64,000 nucleotides of DNA. It comes from a virus. Taxonomy: Duplodnaviria > Caudoviricetes. Positions within the stretch are counted from its first letter, which is position 1. Every line of letters begins with the position of its first letter. The stretch covers positions 1 through 64,000 of the IMG/VR virus record IMGVR_UViG_3300023105_003457; one strand, written 5' to 3'. Position numbers and translations under genes: made by a program. Under the pieces are notes generated by a model that saw nothing but the letters and a program-made list of their open reading frames with translations, made no database searches and was not told where the DNA came from. Shown here one piece after another: positions 57,274-64,000 of the stretch.

Positions 57274-57645
57274 ATGGCAATTAGAAACGAAGAATTAGAA
57301 CAATCAATACCGTTTATTAGCGGTATCAAACACGCAAACAACGAGTACGTTGGGATCATTATTAATCAAGATCACAGCGTCACAAGTATTTACGATCTTG
57401 CGAATTGCACTGACGAAGAAAAAACATTAATCTTACAGTGCGGTGAAGTATGGTGGTGGGAATCAAACAGAAAACTTCCTATTAACATTTTCCTTAAAAG
57501 AGAAATGCAGTTGTTCAAACACATGATTAAAAGTTTCAATACAAAAGATGTTGAGATACTTTTTGGTCCTGTTGTTAGATTACACGATATTGCACAAAAA
57601 CGTGTTAAACGCAAAAGCATTCAACTAGTTCGTAAATTAAAGTAA
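57274..57645 (+). CDS. conserved phage hypothetical protein
   Basis: EYVGII.NQD...GE.WWWESNR..PINIFL. Confidence 0.7.
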   Translation: MAIRNEELEQSIPFISGIKHANNEYVGIIINQDHSVTSIYDLANCTDEEKTLILQCGEVWWWESNRKLPINIFLKREMQLFKHMIKSFNTKDVEILFGPVVRLHDIAQKRVKRKSIQLVRKLK

Positions 57646-57903
57646 TTAGTTAAACTTTTCGTGTAGGTTAGCACAGTCTACACACAGTTCCACTCCCGGT
57701 ACTACTTTTCTTCTTGCTTCAGGAATTTCATTTCCACACTCAATACATTCTTCTAAACTTGGTTTAGATTGCTTTTCACTCATCATATCTCTATGCTTTC
57801 GTAATGCGGCTTCGTTTTCAAATAGTGCGGCAACTTGTGCTACTTCTGCCTCTTCTTCGTTATTGTATTCAAAAATAAAATGTTCTTCGTTGTTATTATT
57901 CAT
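57646..57903 (-). CDS. DksA/TraR C4 zinc-finger protein
   Basis: CIECGNEIPEARR..VPGV.LCVDC. Confidence 0.88.
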   Translation of the reverse strand: MNNNNEEHFIFEYNNEEEAEVAQVAALFENEAALRKHRDMMSEKQSKPSLEECIECGNEIPEARRKVVPGVELCVDCANLHEKFN

Positions 57904-58465
57904 ATAGTTCTTCGCAAATTAAATTCATATGTACCACAATCGCATGAGCATATGCTACTGCGTGTGCTTTTTTAAAATAATAGGATCCGTCTTCAGGTTT
58001 CGTCCAAACGTTCTTCATCACCGTATCCCACGGTTGTCCAAGCAAACTCCTCTTCGCGGGACGTATAATCGCTAGTACCGCCGCCAGTTGCTCTATGCTC
58101 GTTGGTTTCATTTCTTTTAGAATGTCGCTGTGTTCTGCGACGTGAAATAAGTTGTTGCTGAAGTCTGGCTCGGTAAGTAATTCCCATAACGGTTCCTTTT
58201 GTAATAGTGTATTTAAATGATTTTCGTCTTTTACTTTCTCATAGATATGAACATTTAACATATCTATTTTAAAATATCCTCTTTCGTCTGCTTCTTTGTG
58301 ATCGATAGTACAGATATCTGTAAAAGGATTGACAGGTGCATTATGAAAATAAATTCCTGTGTTGTGCTTTTTAAGAGTTCCTTTTTCTATTCGCGAGGCC
58401 TTAATGTGCTTGAAATTTTCTAGCACTTTTTCACGATCAAAAAAATCTAAATCAACATCAGGCAA
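57896..58465 (-). CDS. miniature DNA polymerase III alpha (DnaE)-like protein
   Basis: PDVDLDF, KHNTGIY, YFKIDML, LA.VLA.IRP, YYFKKAHAVAYA in 189 aa. Confidence 0.75.
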   Translation of the reverse strand: MPDVDLDFFDREKVLENFKHIKASRIEKGTLKKHNTGIYFHNAPVNPFTDICTIDHKEADERGYFKIDMLNVHIYEKVKDENHLNTLLQKEPLWELLTEPDFSNNLFHVAEHSDILKEMKPTSIEQLAAVLAIIRPAKRSLLGQPWDTVMKNVWTKPEDGSYYFKKAHAVAYAHAIVVHMNLICEELYE

Positions 58466-59141
58466 TGTTTGCTTCCTTTATTATTTCTTTTACTAGTTTA
58501 ACATCATCTTTGTTATTTGTAAAGTGTTTTTTCCAATATATAATATCTAAAACAGGTTCAATAATATTCAAGTGTTCGTCGTTAAAACTTTCTAAAAGTT
58601 GAACACCTTCTGCAGAATTTAATAACATCCATGGACTAATACGACCATATCTAATATCATTAACTGCTCTATTATGATTTACATATTTGAAATAATCGTT
58701 ATATGGTGCTTGGTTTTTATCTCCCCAATCCATCATAGTTTCTAACGAACGTTTAACTGCACCCTCTACAGGTTCTACTTTGATCATCTCAAATAGATAT
58801 GTGTCATACAATTCATCACGACACCAATGATCTAATTTAACTCCGCTTTTAATTACAAAGTCAATAAATTTCTCTGGGTATATACAACTTACGTTTGTCA
58901 CAAAACTACCAAATTTAACAAACGCATTATAGTAAGAACTTTTACAAAATTCTTCGTATGTTTTAGGTTTACTCTTTTGTACAGTTTGATAGAACTTATT
59001 AAATGTTAAAAAGCCAACTTGTACACGCTTTTCATCTTTTTGCAAATGTCGTCTCTTTGGTTCGCACAAGTGAGCAACAAGGGTCTTTTCTTTTTGAAAC
59101 CCTTTGCCACAATGTACACACTCAAAGTCACGTTTATTCAT
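58458..59141 (-). CDS. zinc-finger-containing hypothetical protein
   Basis: FECVHCGK.F..E.TL..H.C; start reassigned. Confidence 0.7.
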   Translation of the reverse strand: MNKRDFECVHCGKGFQKEKTLVAHLCEPKRRHLQKDEKRVQVGFLTFNKFYQTVQKSKPKTYEEFCKSSYYNAFVKFGSFVTNVSCIYPEKFIDFVIKSGVKLDHWCRDELYDTYLFEMIKVEPVEGAVKRSLETMMDWGDKNQAPYNDYFKYVNHNRAVNDIRYGRISPWMLLNSAEGVQLLESFNDEHLNIIEPVLDIIYWKKHFTNNKDDVKLVKEIIKEANIA

Positions 59142-59583
59142 TTGGATCACGTTCTTCCATATATTCTTTTTGTTCGCTTTTTGACATAATAGTTGATAAG
59201 GCTGTTGCATCGTCTACCTTCATATTAGGATTTTTATCTAGTACGTATTGTTCAAATTTATTCTTTGCTTGTTTCTTTGGAGCCGCAACATACTGATGGA
59301 AAAAGTTTTCATAAGCACCACACATTGCCATTAGTTTCCATAGCAGTCCTTTGTGATTTTTGCTTAATGTCCAATGATGCTTATTGACAAATTCGTTTGT
59401 CATTTCTAAATAATGTTCTTGGAAAAACTGATCGCCTTTTACATTGCTTACATAACGCATTGCAATAAACGGTGCAAATAACTTTTTATCGTCATCACTA
59501 AGTTTATTATACCAGTCTTTGTCTCTACGATCAACTGCTCGTAGCATTGCTTTTAAATCAAGAAACTTTTTCTTTTCAGCCAT
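59134..59583 (-). CDS. hypothetical protein, possibly clamp-loader small subunit (gp62-like)
   Basis: helical 149 aa in replication block with F.PF...RY.S segment; weak resemblance only. Confidence 0.35.
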   Translation of the reverse strand: MAEKKKFLDLKAMLRAVDRRDKDWYNKLSDDDKKLFAPFIAMRYVSNVKGDQFFQEHYLEMTNEFVNKHHWTLSKNHKGLLWKLMAMCGAYENFFHQYVAAPKKQAKNKFEQYVLDKNPNMKVDDATALSTIMSKSEQKEYMEERDPNE

Positions 59584-60172
59584 GCTTTACTCCTACAATA
59601 TTCATACTCATTACAATTCTATTTTCACTTACAGTGTTTTCCTGTACTCTATGTGATAACCAAGCAGGAAATAATAATATATCGTTAGTATTACATTTTA
59701 CTTCCTGCCAGAAGTCTTGTCTACTGAAATCTGCATGACTTCTTGGCATATATGTCCAACTTGAATGCAATGGATTTCTAAATTCAATATTTCCACTGTT
59801 TTGGGGTTTTTCTAAGTAGATACTTGCCGCCATATGTGCAGGACTATGATCGTGTTCAATTACGTATCCACCTTTATTAGTTATATTTGTCCAACTGTTC
59901 ATTACTTCTAACGGAATATCTTGCATATCCCATTCTTTCCAAACTGATTCTACAACTGGTTGAAGCCATACCATAAAGTCGTGTAGTTCTTCCCACATAT
60001 GTGGATCTTGGTCGTTATGATTAGCGTTTGTTTTTCCACCACCACGCATACTACCTGCATCTGATGGCATAAGCATTGTTTGTTTAGTAGCACGAACAAC
60101 CGCAGATGAGAAATCTCCTGGATAAGTTGCTTTCCATACTAGCGTTGGTGTTGTGCTAATTGGTTGAATCAT
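59576..60172 (-). CDS. putative 2OG-Fe(II) oxygenase (TIGR02466-like)
   Basis: SWTN, EHDH, SGNIEF.NP, FPAWLSHRV, RIVMS.N; close paralog of 15718..16377. Confidence 0.8.
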   Translation of the reverse strand: MIQPISTTPTLVWKATYPGDFSSAVVRATKQTMLMPSDAGSMRGGGKTNANHNDQDPHMWEELHDFMVWLQPVVESVWKEWDMQDIPLEVMNSWTNITNKGGYVIEHDHSPAHMAASIYLEKPQNSGNIEFRNPLHSSWTYMPRSHADFSRQDFWQEVKCNTNDILLFPAWLSHRVQENTVSENRIVMSMNIVGVKHG

Positions 60173-60389
60173 TTTCTTTACTCAAATCATAAACTGTTTT
60201 AATTTGTTTGAACATTTTTTGCAATGTTCTATTACCTTCGTTTGCCATTTCTTGCATTTCAATAAATTCGTAATTATCAATATGCCATTCAGGACAATGT
60301 GGTTCGCAAACAAGTACACGAGTCCCGGTATCAGTGTCACGTTCATAAACAGTTTCACCACCATCCGGAGACTCGTATATCTTGACCAT
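60156..60389 (-). CDS. hypothetical protein
   Basis: IYESPDGGETVYER motif. Confidence 0.7.
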   Translation of the reverse strand: MVKIYESPDGGETVYERDTDTGTRVLVCEPHCPEWHIDNYEFIEMQEMANEGNRTLQKMFKQIKTVYDLSKENDSTN

Positions 60390-60390
60390 A

Positions 60391-61011
60391 TTATCCTTGT
60401 TCTTTATCTGCTAACTTGCCCTTAAGGTAGTTAAGTAGAACACCGTATGCTGGTAAGAAAATAATCAAACCAACTACAATTTTAAGAACAACTTGTGAGC
60501 CTGCAATTTCAACCCAATGTGTTGCCATATATTCATCAGCACTGTTATTAAATGCAACAGCGAAGAATGTATACGTGTCAATTACGTTAGCAACAATAGT
60601 TGATAATGCCGGTGCCGCCCACCATGCTTTTGTATATGCTTCTCTGATATATTGAAAAACATAAACGTCTAAAAATGTACCAATAGCATAAGCAGTTGCT
60701 GATGCAAAGCCAATACGTAGTGCTACACTTTCAGGTGCACCTTCAGCAAGTACTACTGCAATAGATCCAATAATGGCTAAAGGATATGCCGCCGCAATAG
60801 TTGCTCGTGCAATTGATTTACCTAACAATCTAACTGTTAAGTCAGTTGCTAAGATTACTAACGGGAACGTAAATGCCGCCCAAGTTAGTTTAACGCCTGC
60901 GATCTCAACTGGAATGTTGACTAGGGCGTTTGAGATTGTGATAACAACAACATGAAGAAATGCTAATTTCAACATCATTGCTTTATCAACGTCTTTAAAA
61001 AGTCCAAACAT
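60391..61011 (-). CDS. yhhQ: 7-deazaguanine (preQ0/preQ1) transporter, YhhQ/VUT family
   Basis: H...I..SN.LV..P.......TW.AFTFP...LATDLTVR..G...AR; RI..AS..AY..G..LD..VF; WW.AP; DT..FF..AF. Confidence 0.88.
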   Translation of the reverse strand: MFGLFKDVDKAMMLKLAFLHVVVITISNALVNIPVEIAGVKLTWAAFTFPLVILATDLTVRLLGKSIARATIAAAYPLAIIGSIAVVLAEGAPESVALRIGFASATAYAIGTFLDVYVFQYIREAYTKAWWAAPALSTIVANVIDTYTFFAVAFNNSADEYMATHWVEIAGSQVVLKIVVGLIIFLPAYGVLLNYLKGKLADKEQG

Positions 61012-61012
61012 A

Positions 61013-61378
61013 TTACTTCTTTCCTTTTACTATGGAGCCGACTGTTCGACGAACAATATCGTCATGATTAAATTCTGCCCAGTATAGTTCAAAAGCGACT
61101 CCATCTTCCAAACCTTCAAACTGGTGAATTTTGCCGGGTTTCACTTGCGTGAACTCCCCTGGACCAAGTATAGTTTCATCAACTAATCCATCTTGGTCAT
61201 CCTGCCAAACACGGACAATCATCTTGCCCGATTCAACAAAGAATCCGTTCCATTTATATTTGTGTTCATGTTCTGAACATTTATACCCTGCCTTATATTC
61301 AATGCGATGAAACTCTAGTACACCATTTGCATGAATAAGTTCTGTTTGTCCCCATATCTTACCTGCCTTCATAGTCAT
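61013..61378 (-). CDS. cupin-domain protein
   Basis: K.WG.TE, CSEH.H..K.N.F.VESG, V.PG..HQF. Confidence 0.8.
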   Translation of the reverse strand: MTMKAGKIWGQTELIHANGVLEFHRIEYKAGYKCSEHEHKYKWNGFFVESGKMIVRVWQDDQDGLVDETILGPGEFTQVKPGKIHQFEGLEDGVAFELYWAEFNHDDIVRRTVGSIVKGKK

Positions 61379-62085
61379 TACCCTTTCTCCTTCTGTAATC
61401 GTAGACGTTCTTTAAAGTTATTAATTCTCCATCCTTTGTAGTTGTCTAGGCGATGAAGTTCCTCTGTTGTAATTAAATGATGATTAATTTTAATAGGTCT
61501 ATTGCTTAAAGGAATTAGTTGAGCAACAGGTTCTCCTGGTTTAATTGATAATCTACTTCCTTGCGGTAAAAAGAAATTAAACTCAGCAACGTGTGTATAT
61601 TTAAAATCAATTGTTCCAGGACTTGACCAATGACTTAAAGGATTTGATTGATGCCATGTTGGTTGTGTCCACAGCCATTCAATACTCTCGCTTGTTTTAA
61701 TTCTCCAAGGTAGCGGAAACTTAATATGATGAAAACCTGGTTTGTGATCAGCATAGTCATCAGATGTATGACTGCTAGGTTGTTTGAATTTTTCAGGTAA
61801 GACATCAAAAGCAATTTTTCCGTCCATAAATCTTTGAACAACAAAACTTGCTGGACTAGGCATAATAATACCTTGTTTCATATAACCAATAATTGCTGGA
61901 CAGGTTTTCATACCTGCAACATCTAGGTCCTGTACATGAACGTGTGGGTGATTGTCTTCTCTACTAGTAGGAAGTTTTTTCCACCACTCAGGAATAAACT
62001 TTTTTGATAAGTCTGGTTTAAACAAATCAAAAGAATGTTGATCGTCAGTATAAAAATCTACTGTTATTGGTTTTTTAAAAAACAT
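61378..62085 (-). CDS. hypothetical protein (dUTPase-like fold possible)
   Basis: PEWWK.LP, MKTCPA, K...PW, PG..D, I..GEP.AQLIP. Confidence 0.6.
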   Translation of the reverse strand: MFFKKPITVDFYTDDQHSFDLFKPDLSKKFIPEWWKKLPTSREDNHPHVHVQDLDVAGMKTCPAIIGYMKQGIIMPSPASFVVQRFMDGKIAFDVLPEKFKQPSSHTSDDYADHKPGFHHIKFPLPWRIKTSESIEWLWTQPTWHQSNPLSHWSSPGTIDFKYTHVAEFNFFLPQGSRLSIKPGEPVAQLIPLSNRPIKINHHLITTEELHRLDNYKGWRINNFKERLRLQKEKG

Positions 62086-62086
62086 A

Positions 62087-62590
62087 TTAAAACAATAAAC
62101 TGTAATCCAATGTTTCGCAAGACCTTGAAACTTCTTTTACAAAGAAAACACATTCAGGATTTTCTCCGTCATGTAAAGGCGTAGTTAGTAGTTGTCCTGC
62201 TTTAAGTTTAGGAAAATACCATTTTACATCTTGATAAACATTAACAACGTCTACTGGTGTAAAGTCTGGTCTAAAGCCTGTTAACGGATTAAAAGTATAT
62301 GCTTCAAACCCTCTATCATTTAAACTTGTTAAAGGCAATACTTCTAAATCATTTCCTTCACTGCCACCAATTAGCATTGACCATTCTAACGGCATTTGTA
62401 CTTGATGTTTACCTATTTGTAAAACAACTGCTGGCGATGAAAAACTTTCTAAATAGATCAACGGCATAAAGAAATAGTCTGGTTCTTTAGGATCACTGTT
62501 GTCTAAGACACTGTACCTAATATCTTCATTTATTTCTTTAGGAAGATTATTTAGATTAAACATTTTATTTTCTAGTGTTAGTATATTCAT
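62087..62590 (-). CDS. conserved phage hypothetical protein
   Basis: VLDNSDP..PDYFF.PLI.LESF..PA; KWYFPKLK. Confidence 0.7.
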   Translation of the reverse strand: MNILTLENKMFNLNNLPKEINEDIRYSVLDNSDPKEPDYFFMPLIYLESFSSPAVVLQIGKHQVQMPLEWSMLIGGSEGNDLEVLPLTSLNDRGFEAYTFNPLTGFRPDFTPVDVVNVYQDVKWYFPKLKAGQLLTTPLHDGENPECVFFVKEVSRSCETLDYSLLF

Positions 62591-64000
62591 TTAATCAATT
62601 TCAATCCTTTCTATTGTAAAGGGGTAATTAGCCTCTTTATAAAACTTTTTACGTTGTGTAAGATGTCGTTTGGCATACTTACATCTGCTTGTAATGTCCC
62701 AAATTTGGACATGGTCTTTGTCCTCAGCCTTTCTAATTCCGCGGCCAATTGACTGAATAACACGTACAAAAGACTTACCAGGCTCAATAAGAATAAGGTT
62801 AAAAATGCGAGGAATATTAATGCCAACTGCGGCAACACCGTAAGTTGCAATAATAACTTTTTTATCAGCAGTTTTAACTTCATCATAATGTTCTTTCCTT
62901 GTGTCTGCTTTTGTTTCTCCACTAATGAAGACACTGTCATTAATATATGATTGTAGCATATTACCTGCAGAAAGTCTATCAACAAGTACCAAAGTATTGC
63001 CATTTTCGCTTATTTTGGCAATTAATTTTGAAACCCATTCCATTCTTTTTTCGTTTGTTGTTAAATATTTTAATTCTTCTTGGTATGATCTAAACTCTTG
63101 TACATCTTCAGTTTGAATAATGTTTACATCACATTGTGCAAGTACACCCTTTGCTTGTAGATCACTTGCACTAATGTTATTAATAACATCACCTAAACTT
63201 GCTCTAATGCCTTGAAACTCAAATTGCTCTTTAGGTATAGTACCTGTTAGTCCCCAGCGAATAGGAACGTGTGCAAAGTTTTGTGTAAGCAAGTTTTTAA
63301 GTACATCTGCTTTTGCTTGGTGTACTTCGTCAACAATAATACAACGAACATCTTCCATTGCTTCTTGGAAAGTCACTGCCGCTTCGTGATTCTTAGTTTT
63401 CTTGCTAAGAATGTTTAAACTTTGCCAAGTACAAATTGTATGAGTGTGACCCAACTCTTTTCTATCACCAAAGTACACACCTACGTCTAGGCCGCAATTG
63501 ACATAGTCTTCTTCTGTCTGCGTCACCAACGATTTGTTAGGAACAATAACTAGGCTACGCCCATATGGTTCACATAAACGCGAAAGTGTAGCAGTGATAA
63601 TAGTTTTACCTGCACCAGTTGCAACTTCTTGTAGTGCTTGTGGATTAGATAAAAAGTTATTAATAACTTCAAGTTGGTAGTCACGTAAACGAATAGGTTG
63701 TCCTTCTGCAGGATGTCCTTTAGGCCAACAAGTGTCACCCCAAAACTCTTCATCAATTGTTGCAAAGTTAAGTTGTGTTGGTTCACGCAAATCTTCTACT
63801 TCTACATATACTCCTTTGCTATCTAGTTCAACAAGAACTTCTTCAAGCATACTAATATATGTTGTACCACCTAGTCCAAAGAAACTTACAGTACCGTCCC
63901 ATCGTCCTAGTTTATATGCAGGCAAATATCTTGCATACGGAATCTCATATTTAAATTTGTTTACAAGATGTTTACGCATTTGAAGATCAAGACCTTCAAA
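62591..64000 (-). CDS. uvsW: SF2 DNA helicase (UvsW-like), 5' end likely beyond window
   Basis: LRDYQ, ATGAGKT, DEVH, GLTGT, QSIGRGIR. Confidence 0.88.
   Translation of the reverse strand, partial: FEGLDLQMRKHLVNKFKYEIPYARYLPAYKLGRWDGTVSFFGLGGTTYISMLEEVLVELDSKGVYVEVEDLREPTQLNFATIDEEFWGDTCWPKGHPAEGQPIRLRDYQLEVINNFLSNPQALQEVATGAGKTIITATLSRLCEPYGRSLVIVPNKSLVTQTEEDYVNCGLDVGVYFGDRKELGHTHTICTWQSLNILSKKTKNHEAAVTFQEAMEDVRCIIVDEVHQAKADVLKNLLTQNFAHVPIRWGLTGTIPKEQFEFQGIRASLGDVINNISASDLQAKGVLAQCDVNIIQTEDVQEFRSYQEELKYLTTNEKRMEWVSKLIAKISENGNTLVLVDRLSAGNMLQSYINDSVFISGETKADTRKEHYDEVKTADKKVIIATYGVAAVGINIPRIFNLILIEPGKSFVRVIQSIGRGIRKAEDKDHVQIWDITSRCKYAKRHLTQRKKFYKEANYPFTIERIEID

Noticed and set aside
1-64000. 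Stop-codon reassignment or inteins/introns in core genes
   Set aside because: Ligase, helicase, primase and halogenases are of normal length in code 11, and TAA, TAG and TGA all end coupled genes.

Overview
The window is about 64 kb of an AT-rich, T4-like large myophage genome, probably marine, with a proteobacterial host (a pqqA peptide of Methylophilaceae style hints at OM43-like methylotrophs). Standard genetic code; no tRNA, rRNA, CRISPR array or transposase was recognised. Layout: (1) 0-2.8 kb small host-interaction genes including an unannotated, stand-alone pqqA. (2) 2.8-20.8 kb a tightly coupled minus-strand cluster of 4 radical SAM enzymes, about 8 2OG-Fe(II)/JmjC oxygenases and 3 flavin-dependent halogenase-family proteins around a 185-aa protein ending CHSSCHSNCHGSRGRR. 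This is the best candidate for an undescribed phage RiPP-like or virion-protein modification system. (3) DNA ligase, Hc1-like protein, porin, and six proteins sharing a capsid-targeting-like N-terminus. (4) A 34.5-45.5 kb plus-strand early-gene island with about 20 sigma70 promoters, an ACCGGT operator-like motif, an AGGAGCGA RBS and -AA C-termini, bracketed by inverted GAA-triloop hairpin elements. (5) A glutamine riboswitch, nitrilase-family and YqgE genes. (6) A replication block (helicase, primase, mini-DnaE, UvsW) interleaved with carbamoyltransferase, YhhQ and more oxygenases. All assignments come from reading motifs by eye; no searches were run.
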